Shown: one piece after another, positions 1 through 12,145 of the stretch
How positions within the stretch are numbered: the stretch's first letter is position 1
Layout of the letters: the number at the start of each line of letters is the position of its first letter
Position numbers and translations under genes: made by a program
The notes under the pieces: generated by a model
Database searches by the model: none
What the model saw: the letters and a program-made list of their open reading frames with translations, nothing else
What the model was told of the DNA's origin: nothing
Source: Okamejei kenojei
Lineage: Eukaryota
Assembly (NCBI GenBank): GCA_035221665.1
Contig: CM069153.1
Coordinates: forward strand, 21,948,001-22,012,000
Length of the DNA: 64,000 bases
Direction of reading: 5' to 3'

Positions 1-344
1 TAGTGGCCAAGGGTAGGAGGTGGCCCCTCCCTCCACTATTGTGCATGGCTAGGGCGATTCGCTACAAGGATTCTCCGTGCCAGTTGGACCCCTCACTGCA
101 CAATGTAGCGCGCGTCGCTTAGAGCCACTCAGATTCCATGTCCTCGCCTACTTTGTTTCCGGTCTGGTGTGCCCCGCACCGACTCGCAATTTTAATGCAG
201 TGGTGAGCGGAGACGTCTGCCCCTGCGTCCTCACCTTTTCACTCCAGCTCTGGCTGCCAGAGATGAGCCCCACAGCTAATCCTCCTGGGATCATAAAACT
301 AAATCCCCCCCCAAACTCCCGGGCGACCAACGACCCCCCCCGCA

Positions 345-2243
345 GGCGCACAGTGTTGCGCGGCCGTCAAGGTCGGGAGACCTGGTGCCGCAAGGAGCCT
401 CACAAATAGTGGGGAAGGGGGAATCCACGTTATCTGAAAGTCATGAGGCCAATTTGTGATGACTGGTGTGGAACACCTCATCCTGGGAGCAGATGCGGCC
501 GTAGACGGAGGATATTGGATCAGGGGAATGGAAAAGTCCTTGCAGGGAACTGGGTGGGAGGAAAGTGTAGTCCAGGTAGCTGTGGGAAGTCAGTAGGTTT
601 GTTGTGATGTCGGTCAGGAGAGTAATCAACTGCAATAGTGATGAGTGAGGTCAAGGAATGGTAGGGAAAGTGTCGGGAAATGGTCCAAGTGTATTTAGTG
701 CGATGGAAGTTGGTGGTGAAAATGAATGAGTCAGACAGTTGTGGTGGAAGTGGGGAGGTGACACCAAAGCAGTCGTCGATGTAAGGAGGTAGAGGTCGGG
801 GGGATGGGCCCTGGTAAGTCCTGAGAACAAGGATTGTTCGGAGTACCAACAATGAGGCAAGCGTAGCTGGGGGCCCATGGTGTGCCCTAGCTACGCCTTT
901 TGTTTGGAGAAATGGGAGGTTATGCGGGTAAGGACCAACTGCTAGGCGAAGGAGGGTTGTCAGTGGACGGGTTATGGGTTGCTCTTGGTTGAGGAAGAAC
1001 GGAGGGCTTTGAGACCGTCTGGTGGGGGGATGGAGGTGTAGAGTGATGGACGTCCTGGTAAAGATGAGAGGATGGGGGCATGGGAGAATGGAATGCACGG
1101 AGCCGACGGAGAGTGTCTGAGGTGTCTTGAACATAGCGTGGGGCACGGGATTTAACAAAGGTGGGATAGGATGGCGTCAAGGTATGTGGAAATGTGTTCG
1201 GTGGGGGCATTGAACAGGCAGAGACAATGGGTTTCTGCCGGGCAGGTCGGGTTTGTGGATTTTTGGGCGTGAAGGTAAATCGGGCCGTTGCGGGCGCTGG
1301 GAAACGATAGGTCGGAGGCTCGGGGGGGGGGGTAGGGAGTGGAGCTGATGAAGTCGGTTGTGGGATAGAGATGGTGGCTGGGTTTGTCACTCGAAGGTGG
1401 GTATATATTAGTCTCATGTGTCTCCATGCACTCACCTTCGTCCTCATGGTCCGGGGTTAAGTGGAGGGGTGTCGAGAGTTGGCGCGCAGGCCTCGCTTTG
1501 TAGTGACGGACGCGCCAGACTACACGGCTCCTCCCTTGTCGGGGGTTTGATAACCAGTCTGGGTTTGTTCCGGGGTGAGTCAGATGCCAGTTACGTTCAG
1601 GGCTGGAGGAGTTGGAGTGAGACAGGGGGTGGGGTGGAGAAGTCGAGGCGGTTGATGTCCGAGGCAGTCTTCTGGATAAATTGTTCTAGAGCCGGAAGGT
1701 ACGTGGGGGGGTCCAAGTGGAGGCGGTTGTCAGTGGGAGACAGGAAAAAGGATCATAGTGGGGGGCGAGGGCTTCTTCCCGTGGAAGAACGGCTGTTAGG
1801 CGGAGCCGCCGGGGAAGAGCTCCAGTGTGGTGGCGCGGATCATGTGGGTGGGACGGAGGGGGACAAAAAGGTAAGACCTCTGTGAGGGACAGGGACCGTT
1901 GATGTCGGACGAGGGAAAAGAGGGGGAGGTCGGGGGGATGGTGTGGAACCCCGGAAGGTTAACCGAGGGAAGTTGTGGAACGGAGGAAGGCAGGTGAGTG
2001 GACTGAGGACGATAGCGTTGTGTGGTGGGGGGGTGGAGGGTGGTCAGTGGGTGGGGGGGGGGGGGTATGGGGGCTTGGTGATGTGGGTGGGGAAAAAGAG
2101 CAGGGGTTACCTGGTAGGGGGGGATGGGGATAAGACCAGTGGAATAGACATAAGGTTATGGGGCTGGGGAGGACGGGCACTAGGACCCAGTGCGTTAAAG
2201 GGACAGAGTGGTGGGGAGGAGTTAGCAATGTGGAGGCTTATAT
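345..2243 (-). mobile_element. Penelope-like retroelement, RT and upstream region (error-rich)
   Basis: Minus-strand frames give PLE RT motifs (YIDDCFG, QTKGVA..GP, YVQDTSDTL, RPIVSACS-like). Bases 350-660 align by eye to the Penelope copy at 44270-44570. Confidence 0.85.
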
Positions 2244-2244
2244 C

Positions 2245-3392
2245 TAGAAGTGGTTGGCTGGAAGGAAACCAAAGAGTAGAGGAGATTAACGGGTCCCATT
2301 TCAGAATGGCTAGGCAGTGACTAGTGAGCGGGTCACCGCAAGGCCGGTGCTGGGGACCCACATCTATGTTTACAATTCCATCAATGATTTGGATGAGAGA
2401 TTCAAAAGTAACTTAGCAAATATGCAGCGACACAAGCTGGGTGCAGTTGAACTGTGAGGAGGATGACGTATGAGCATGCAGGGTGACTTGGAAGGTTGGG
2501 GAGTGGCAGATGCTGGCAGATGAAGTTTTAATGTGGATTAATATGTGAGGTTATGCACTTTAAGATAACAAAAACAGGGATGGCAGGATTACTATCTAAA
2601 TGGCGTCAAGGTTGGCGAGAAAAGGGGAACTGTACTAGGGCTCTGGGGGTCCTAGTACAACGTCTATGAAAGTAGGCATCTCCGGTACAGCAGCAGTTGA
2701 AGGAAAAGAATGGCAGGTTGGCCTTTATAACAAGAGGAAATCGAATTATAGGGCAAAGAGGTCCTTCTGCAGTTGAAAGAGCCTGTGTGAGACCACACCT
2801 GGTGGTGTGTGTGTGCTGTTTTAGTCCCCTAATGTGAGGAAGGACATTCTTGTATTGAGGGAGTGCAGCGTTAGTAGGTTTACAAGGGGTTAATTCCCGG
2901 GGATGGCTAGGACTGTCATATGCTTGAAGGGAGTAATGGACCAGTTTGGCCTTGGTACACTCTGAGTTTTAGAAAGATGAGAGGATATCTCATTGAAACA
3001 TATAAGATTGTTAAGGGTTTGGTACACGCTTGAGGCAGGAAACAATGTTCCCGATGTTGGGGAGTCCAGAACCAGGGGCACGTTTAAGAATAAGGATAAG
3101 CCAATTTAGCACTGAGAGAGGAAAATTTTTCTCACAGAGGTGGTGAGTCTGTGGAATAGGGTATATTCTGCCTCAGAGGCGGTGGAGGCAGGATCTCACT
3201 GGATGCTTTGAAGAGGAGAGCTAGATCGTAGAGCTCTTAAAAAATGCAGAGTAGGGGATATGGGGAGGAAGACAGGAACGGGGGGAAAGGTGGAAGGTAA
3301 CTGATTGGGGATGATAGCCATTGATCACATTGAGGCCGGTGGGGCTTGAATGGGCGAATGGCCCCCTACTCCTGCACCTACTGTCTATTGTC
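2245..3392 (+). mobile_element. CR1 LINE 3' part (noisy duplicate of 62275-63370)
   Basis: Colinear with the CR1 at 62.3-63.4 kb, including its ctactgtctattgtc tail, but riddled with indels. Confidence 0.9.
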
Positions 3393-3949
3393 AAAGATAG
3401 CCACAAAAATGCTGGAGTAAGTAGCGGGTCATGGCTGCTTTCTGGAGAAATGGAATACGTGACGTTTGCGGGTGGAAGACGGCTGTTATTTTGCTCCTCA
3501 TTATCGCTAGGATATGGAACGATGAGAACAACAAAAAGTTCTTACTCAAAAGAGGAGTAGACCCCCACTGAACAGCGCAAACTAAACAATCACGTGCTAA
3601 ATCTAATTAACAAAGATAGTTTATGGATTTACTACAAATGACCTTGATTCATTTTGAAAAGGAAGGAAATGTCATTTTTACATGATCAGGGTGGCTATTA
3701 GATCAGAGATAGACACAAAAAATGCTGAAGTAACTCAGTGGGTCAGGCAGAATCTCGGTTATTGGTAGGTTGATATGGCTCGGGTAAGGACCCTTCTTCA
3801 GTCTGATTGTAGCAAGGGGCAAGGACGGTAGTTGCGAAGAAAGGCTAAAACGAGGTTCCCCCTCCGTCCTGACTCAACGTCACCAATCCATTAATATACG
3901 GAGATGTGGTGTTTTACTCAGGCACGTAACGATTGTGAAGGGACAGCCA

Positions 3950-4400
3950 GCAGGATTATTTGGTGCGACATAAACCCCCTCCCTTTATGCTGGATATACA
4001 GGAAGTGATGTATTAGCAGAGCCATCTCGCCATCATCAAAGACCCAGATCACCCTCTGCATCAACATATTTCCATCCTGCCTCTGGGCAGAGGTACAAGG
4101 CACAAGCATCACGCGTGAACAAACAGCTGGATTGCTCCCTCAAGCTTCTTCCCGCAGGCAATTCTGATGATAAACAGACTTTGCCCCACTGCCAAAGTAT
4201 CGTGCACCAAACACAACCCAGGAACACTGAAGCTAGAGCATTGTCGTGCCACTGCCGTATCGGAACTCGTGAAAATATGTTCTTTTATTCTCTGTTTCTA
4301 TTTATTGTTTTCTTACCACACACTTGATTGGACATGGTTGAGAATACACTTTTTCGTTTTCCCTTGGGTATCTATGCAAATTACTCAAAAAAAATGATAA
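3950..4400 (+). mobile_element. Rex1/Babar-like LINE 3' fragment
   Basis: catcatcaaagaccc...tctgggcagaggtacaag resembles the IIKDP...SG.RY C-terminal motif also seen at 53820-54030. Confidence 0.55.
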
Positions 4401-5235
4401 TAAAGATGTACAAAATACATTACAATACTTATGTCTACCTTTGGTAATGTAAAACCAGCATCTGCGTTTAACTACTTTATATCTCATTGCAGTTCTTTAA
4501 ATCTGAGTTAGTTCACAGGGTACTTGCCATTAAACATTTAGTATAACTTCCTATTTCCCATGTAAATCAAATATATTTATTTTGATTAAATTAACAAAGG
4601 ATTAGTATGTTCAGATAGCAGTCCCTCTTTCTAAGTCAAACGTTTTTTTATCACTGGAAGAAGACACAAAGTGCTTGGTGATCTGTAGAGAAGCGTTCTG
4701 ACACAAAGCTTAACCTATACATGTTCCCAGAGCTGCTGCTGAACCGTTGCAGCTTGCTTCAGCCATTTTGTGTCCAGTCCTTATCTATTATCGCATTGCT
4801 GTTCCTTGTTTTTCATTGTTTATTTTGTTTTTGTTGACCCCGTGTATGTTTGCACCAAATCCATTCAGGCTAACACACGACCGAGGGGCTTACCGATAGT
4901 GAGAGATAATGTAGGCGTGTTTGGGTTTCTTAGAAATGGAGAGGATGTCACCTATTAAAATATAAAATTTGTTTTAACAGTGCACATAGCATTTGGTAAA
5001 ATGGCCTTTTGTCACTCGATTTACCAAGATAACATTCAGCAAACACAACTTTGCATCACTGATGATGTATCGTCATACATAATTTCAATGATGCAAATAT
5101 GTTTATCTCATCCATTGATCAAACTACCCCACATCTTACACCCTCAACATCAGTGCGATTTGAGCCGGTACATGCTTGTCACAAAAAGCACGTACAAAAT
5201 TTACTCTTTTTCTGATTAATTCATCAGATTGTACC

Positions 5236-5480
5236 CTAGCGGCTCAGCGATAGAGTTGCTGCCTTACCAGCGCCAGGGAATCTGGGTTCAACTCCAGACC
5301 ATGGATCTCTTGTCTGTACTGAGTGTGTACTGCTGATCCCTGTGACTATAGTGGGGTTTTCTCTGGGTGCTTGGTTTTCTATCACCCCCAAAGACGTATA
5401 GGTTTGTCGTTTAATTAGGCCTTCAGGTAACAATTGTAAAATCTGTCCCCAGTGTGTGGGATAGTATTGTGTACCGCTGG
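5236..5480 (+). mobile_element. HE1-type tRNA/V-SINE
   Basis: gctcagcgatagagttgctgccttac...ctgggttcaactcc head (A/B boxes) and V-domain-like core shared with other copies. Confidence 0.75.
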
Positions 5481-8170
5481 AAAAACTAATGCATAACTTA
5501 GGAACCAATCACAAAGTTAATGCAGTGAGACTGAAAAAATATTGGGTCGTATAATTTACACATATTTTCTAGACAACATATGCATTCACAATCTCTATTT
5601 CTCCTCATTTGAATTTAAAGATCCAATGTTTCTGATGCATTGATTGTTAAAATAGGCAATGTTTTGAGGTGGTTATAGAGAGCGAGAGATGCTGCCGAGA
5701 TAGATGTCTTTTAGATATTGCAGAAGGTAAATATGTAAGTATGCTAAACATGCTTGTGGAAAAAATAAAGCGAAAATGGGCGAGTGTTATATCATTTAAA
5801 GCATGGTTGTGATAAAGTGAAATCAGAGTGAGTAAAATTCTTTTGTCAGATCGAGTACATGATCTGAATAGTGGTCTCACTGATCTTAGAAATTCTATAT
5901 CTATGTAATGTAATGTTTTTAAAAGGGTTAGCACAATTATCAAGGCACAAAAGTGGAGTTTATTTTTGTTTTGTTTGATGTCACATGTACCGAGAGGGAG
6001 ACAGTGAAAATCTTTGGTTGGAGCAACCAGCTGTGGAAGACAATATATGATTACAATGAGCCATCCAGTGTAAGATAAATGATGAAGGGAATAATGATGA
6101 GTGCATCATGGAAGGTGTGCATTTTCATCTTCTGTACCTCTTGACCTATGTGGAGAGGGGGAGAAGAGGGAGCTGAGCGGGGTGAGTACTGGTCCTTGAA
6201 AATTTCGATTGTGCTCTGGTGGCCTTGCGAGGCAATGCGATGTCGTAAATAGAGTCAATGGAAGGGTGATAGTCACAAAATGATGGAGTAACTCAGTGGG
6301 ACATGCAGCTCTAGGAAAGATGGAATGGGTGACATTCCAGGGTCAAGACCTTTCTTCAAGAGAAAGGATGTGATGTCTGGACTGTGTCTAAAACTCTTCT
6401 GCATTAAATATTTAAAAGCATTGATGAAAGTTCCTTATGAAAATTCACTCAAGTGCTATAGTAAATTAAAATGGTTGCTTCAATTTTAATCACATTTATA
6501 TCATGTTTCCAACCCTAGTATCATTATCTACCAAAAAACATGATACTCAAGGAAGGAGACCCTTGTCTCCTTTGTGCGGTATTGCCTTCCACTGAGAATA
6601 CAGGTTTTATATTGCATTTAGGTCATCAAATTCAGCCAGGATCTTATTATTCCTTTCTACTTTCACTTTGACATGAACCATTATAAGGCACCAAGGAACA
6701 AGTGAATGAGCCGGATTATACGTGAAAATGTTGCTACAGTCCTTGACCGGCACCATATACCCATTTCATTGTGAGAGGGGAGAGCATTGGTACGATGACT
6801 TGTTTACATTAATGGTAAACTTGGAGCTAACGTGATTTGTTCTCATTTTGACATTGCGATTGGAAGCTGTGGAAGGATGAGTCTGGCATGTCACTGGGGT
6901 ATGAGCGGGAACGGTAGGGAGAGAGGGGAGGAAGAGAGTGGGGAGAAGGCTACCGGTGAGAAGCTGTGGTGCGTGCTGGAGGGATCTGCCGGCAGCCAAC
7001 TGAACGAGAATTGAGCTGAAGTGAACCCACCCGAAGAACGAGGGGGGCGGGATGCGGACAAGGACAGACAAGGACAGCTGGAGAAACAGAGGAACAAGGA
7101 ATGGACGGTGTGGCGACGAGAAGGGAGGCCATCGGCCGCTGTCTGAAACCGAAGGCTCAACAGCTCACGTGTCAGCGGAAGTTGGAAGCACTGAAGACGA
7201 GGAGAATGGGAGCGCTGGCGATGACAGGATACAAATGGAACGGACTGGTTGGAGAGGGTAGAAGAAGAATATGTGCCTTCCAGTGATTTCAATGACGGCT
7301 TCAGGAAGGCGCCCCCGGTGGATTGCAGGGTCGGTCGCAGAGGGAGCGGGTTGTTGGGTCACAGGTCTGCGGCTGCCCGGCTAATCAGGGCGCTCCAGCC
7401 ACTTTCAACATGAGAATCAGACTTTGGATGTTTGGTGTTGTGCGTTTTTTTTATTTTAATGCGCCCAAAATAGCGTCGACTGCACATTTGCGGTGTATTG
7501 TGGCAAAAGAATTTTCACGTGTCGTGCAAACATGGCAATAAAGAACCAGTTAAAATTGAAACACAGAACGAGAATCCCAACTTAGTAACAACTTATTCAC
7601 TGTCCTGACAGGCTAGATAAAAGACAAGCTCACGATTGATTTTTAAATACTGATAAGGGCGAGGTTCAAGTGACATGTGCTGAAACTGCTTTACTTAGGT
7701 TAAAGAAAAACAATTTTAAGACAAAACTGTGACCATTTATTCAATCAGTTACAAACAGGAAACCTACTTTAACAGTAGTTTCATGCCTCCTGTAATATTT
7801 ATTGTCAGGATTAAAATATTGATTGCACAAGCCCTCCGTCACATTTATTGGACACCTCATTCTCAGAGGACTATGGCTTCTTCATTTAGAGCGCCGTGTG
7901 CAATTGTAATAATACTTCCCGTTTACAAACTCAAACCCCTTGCACGAAAATTTATATTTGCGCTGCTATATTGCATTTCTTACCTTCATGACCTGTTGAA
8001 ATTTGTGATGTCATCGCACAAAGAATTTCTAGATCTCACGCACGCTTCACTCATTTGCAATTTTCTACATTTTAGATACACGCTGCTCCCAAGGGGAATC
8101 TACTGTCATCCTCATCACAATGTATCATCCACACTTTTAAATCTCCTTTCCCCTCTGTAAATTATCACTA

Positions 8171-9158
8171 TCTATATTACAAATAGCTCTGCGATTTGAC
8201 ATTCCTGTTGTTCTGTATATTGATTTTATGATAAAATGTGCATATTCTCGGCTGTGATTTTTTGGCCACTCTTATCAAAGTCCCCCTCCGCTGCACAGGA
8301 CAAAGATTTTTCATCGATGGAAAATAATTAAAAAGAAGATATTCAGTGTTTAAAAAATGTTGAAATTCTCTCACCTGAAGGCCACGACCCCTTCCGGCGA
8401 TGAACTACAAAACCTGGAAGTATTGAGTGCCTCAGTCTAGTCTCTGCCAGATGGGGGCACCGCAGCGAGGGTCACGTATCTCAGTTGAGATGTGGAGATA
8501 ACACTGATAACATGTCTACTAAACTGTGGAGTGGGGATTTATCTGCCCTGTCAGTGCCCCTTATGTGGTTTGAAAATAATAGGTTTGGTAAACTGCTTAT
8601 GCTGTGTTAACTTTGGTTTGGAAATGCTAATAGTTGGTTACCTTTGGTTTGGAAATGGAATGCTGTGTTGCAGTTGATTTTGGTAAAATGCTAAAGCTGT
8701 GTTGCCGAATTAAAGTTGCTCGTGCCTAATTAATGTTGCCTTGCTTAAGTAAAGTTGCTTGAAATCTATATATTAAATGTATATTTGTGAATATTCCTGT
8801 TGGCGTTTTTATTGATTATTAGTAATATCGCTACCGCTTCATAAGGCTGTGATTGATTGGCATATCTTACTATGTTTTATTTTGGGGCTGTTCCCTTCCG
8901 CCTCATAAGGTATGAGGATTTTTTCTCCCCATCGATTGAAAACTAAAAGAGTTATTTGTGTTTAAAAAATGTTGAGTTTCTCTCCTGTCAATCAGCCTGA
9001 AGGCCCACGCCCTTTGCCTGGGAGGGGGGGGGGGAATATAAAACCCAGAAGTGTGGGTGTGGCCCAGTTCTGCTAAAGATGGAGAGGGAGAGGTCATGAC
9101 TGTTGTCTTTATGGGCCTTGCACCCTGCTTGAAATGGTATGAAATTGCCACATTGAAA
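8171..9158 (+). mobile_element. Two tandem or nested Helitron-like non-autonomous 5' ends with an internal minisatellite, truncated by the gap
   Basis: A|TCTATATTAC at 8171 and A|TCTATATATT at 8765 start homologous ~300-nt segments (catcgat..aaaa..gtgtttaaaaaatgttga..ctgaaggc). Repeated ggtttggaaatgct/aaagttgc units at 8580-8760. The 3' CTAG end is not visible. Confidence 0.45.
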
Positions 9159-9658
9159 NNNNNNNNNNNNNNNNNNNNNNNNNNNNNNNNNNNNNNNNNN
9201 NNNNNNNNNNNNNNNNNNNNNNNNNNNNNNNNNNNNNNNNNNNNNNNNNNNNNNNNNNNNNNNNNNNNNNNNNNNNNNNNNNNNNNNNNNNNNNNNNNNN
9301 NNNNNNNNNNNNNNNNNNNNNNNNNNNNNNNNNNNNNNNNNNNNNNNNNNNNNNNNNNNNNNNNNNNNNNNNNNNNNNNNNNNNNNNNNNNNNNNNNNNN
9401 NNNNNNNNNNNNNNNNNNNNNNNNNNNNNNNNNNNNNNNNNNNNNNNNNNNNNNNNNNNNNNNNNNNNNNNNNNNNNNNNNNNNNNNNNNNNNNNNNNNN
9501 NNNNNNNNNNNNNNNNNNNNNNNNNNNNNNNNNNNNNNNNNNNNNNNNNNNNNNNNNNNNNNNNNNNNNNNNNNNNNNNNNNNNNNNNNNNNNNNNNNNN
9601 NNNNNNNNNNNNNNNNNNNNNNNNNNNNNNNNNNNNNNNNNNNNNNNNNNNNNNNNNN
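9159..9658. other. Assembly gap (500 N)
   Basis: Run of exactly 500 N, a round placeholder size typical of scaffolding joins. Confidence 0.99.
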
Positions 9659-12062
9659 TTAATATCATCACTGCAGACTGTTTTTGTACCTTTTTCACAC
9701 TTGTTTATCTTTGTATCAATTGCACAAAAGTGCCACTATCTGCTCACACTCCTCAAGAGAATCTATACCTGCACTCTTGTCCTTATGCTCCACCTATTGT
9801 TACTTGAGTTTGCTAAATCTAACTGTGCATTGGTTATTATGATCAGATTTCTTTGATATTTACAAAACAAGAGCTTTCCACTGTAACCTCAGTACACGTA
9901 GACAAAAATAAACCGAAACCTAAATGTAATTGCGCAAACTCAATAATAAACGATCTCAGAATTATACTCTAATAACAAAGATAGTTGATAGTTGAGACCT
10001 TAGCCTCCTTACTTTTTTCAAAAGTTTAAATTACAGCTTAAGAACTGGAACAATTGCCTCCCAATGTTCCCTTCCACGATTATGTTATTCAATAATCAAG
10101 CCTTGCATCATAAACAGGATACAATCCGTCCCAAGAGAAAATAACTTTGATTTGATGCAGTAAAATTCTATAATGGGCATCCTCACTCGAATGTGCTTTG
10201 AACATCTAACCACTCTTAATTCCACTACTTGGCCCCTTATGCTTTCCTGGTAATAATATGCAACTTAAAGGATATCAAACATGATTTTCCCTTTAATAAA
10301 ATCAGAATTAATTTGCTTATTGTACGATGGATTTGCAATAAAGCTCTCTGACCACTACTTTATCCTCCTTTATAGTGGTTCCACATGTTTATATTCAACG
10401 TCGTCAGTTAGACGACTGGCATTAGGTTCCTGATTTTTTTTTCACTCCTTCTTTCATGAATAATTACTCTCGATGCTTTCACCAATAACCTGCCCATGAC
10501 TTTTCCCAGAATGTTAGTGGAGTTTTGCAATGTCACGATCAACGTGTTCATACCATTTGTCACCAACCCTTTTCTTTTGTTAAGGATCAAGGAGATGCAG
10601 GCCAATATATACATGGTACCTTGATCTGAGCCCAGTCCTTTTGGTTGCGCAACCCGAAGAGATTGAGTTGGCACTATGGTAGCTTGGCCATGCAGTTATG
10701 ATGTGTGCGGACAGCAATACAAGTGGACTGATCACACTACCTATGTAGGAGTGCGAGCTATGGGAGTGTCAGGGTGTAGAGAATTATTCTTATGACCAAT
10801 TTTAAAATTGGACAATGAGAGTTCTGTCACAAAAGTCAAGAGCCAAGTGAAGATGAAGATCACCGAGAGCAATGCAGGACATTTTTATTGGTTGAGCTTA
10901 TTTCGTATTACATTTTCTCCAAAGATATAGCTGTCTGCACATGACAGTAGCAAGCCTAACACAAGGTGACCTTATTTTGATGTGTAAAAGGGGATATTGT
11001 TAGGGAATGGCAGTGGTATTGACTACAATGATAGACACAAAATTCTGGGAGTAACAACAGCGGATCAAAGCAGCATTTTCTGTAGATACATGTGATATGG
11101 GTTATATTTATAGGGTCATGTGGGTGAGGGTCCCCCCAAAAAACCCCACCAAACCACACCAACACCCACCTCCCACAGAACCAACCCCCCCCCTCCCCCC
11201 CCCCCGACCCCCTGAGGAAAAAAAAAGGAGAAAAAAATTGTAAAGTAGATGTATGGGTGTTTTTGGTGAGAGGGGGTTTAAAGGGGATATATATAAAAAG
11301 CAGACAAATTGCAGATAACCACAGCAATCCACGATAGGCTGTCTGTTGTTAGAGACAGGTGTGAGCACATAGAATGATACATAGTTGTGATACTGTGAAA
11401 AAGTTGACTTGACTTTTAATGGTGGAAGAAAGCGGAGGGTGATGGGGGCAAGATGGATGGAAGAAGGAGGGAGGTTCCGTCCTCTACAATAAGTCCTGAA
11501 GTAAGGGTTCCATCCTCCATTTTCCAGTTCACTATGAAAACCACCAATCTTTGAATGTTGTGTGCCTTTTTCCGCATTTTTACGTTCATACCTTGCTTCC
11601 TCTGTTAGCCCCGTTTCCTCCATTTCTCAATCTGAAGAAGGGTCTCATCCGAAATGTCCTTCCTGTTCCATTCCATCCACTAGGTACTTTGTCTTCCCAG
11701 TAAGTTCCCTTCCAGCAACTTTTTGTATTTTTACTCATGTTTAGTTTATTAGTTACAGCAAGGTAGTAATAGGTCAAGTCCCTTTGGTGTATTACGGATT
11801 CCATGAGCCGTACTTCTTATCCACTTATTTTCACGTGTGCACCGGTTTGCTATTTTTCAGCCCACTTTCTTATCTACTCTGTCTGACACTATAGAGGGGA
11901 CAATTTATACAGGGGACAATTAACCTGCAAACCCGCAACTGTCTTTGGGGTGTGGGAGAAACAGTACATGCCGGTTAGAAAACCCCAAGAGTTTCACCAG
12001 GGAGAACATTGCAAACTCCACAACAGACATACCAGAACAGGTCAAAAGTATCCGTAGCGTAC

Positions 12063-12145
12063 CTTGCAGTAGGCAATCCTGCAAGCTAAAGGTACTAGCT
12101 TCTTCTGTCACCATACAATCCCAATCCTTATTACCACCCAGGAGC
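12063..12145 (-). CDS. PIK3R5: PIK3R5 coding exon (~15), noisy
   Basis: Fragments PG..[14 protein letters not shown].IAYCK match human [26 protein letters not shown]. Splice sites atatgtag / gtacgc. Confidence 0.75.

Noticed and set aside
7984-8154. Minus-strand exon-like block (ttacag ... gtaaga; DSPWEQRVSKM-like)
   Set aside because: Good splice signals, but no open frame without several indels and no similarity to p101 or p84 that I can recognise. Not supportable.
8988-9698. Long ORFs containing X runs (also 20035-20470)
   Set aside because: Artefacts of translating through N gaps.
11760-11830. Possible ISGRSRW-like PIK3R5 exon ~16 on the minus strand
   Set aside because: It lies within a degraded SINE tail, lacks convincing splice sites and needs many indels.
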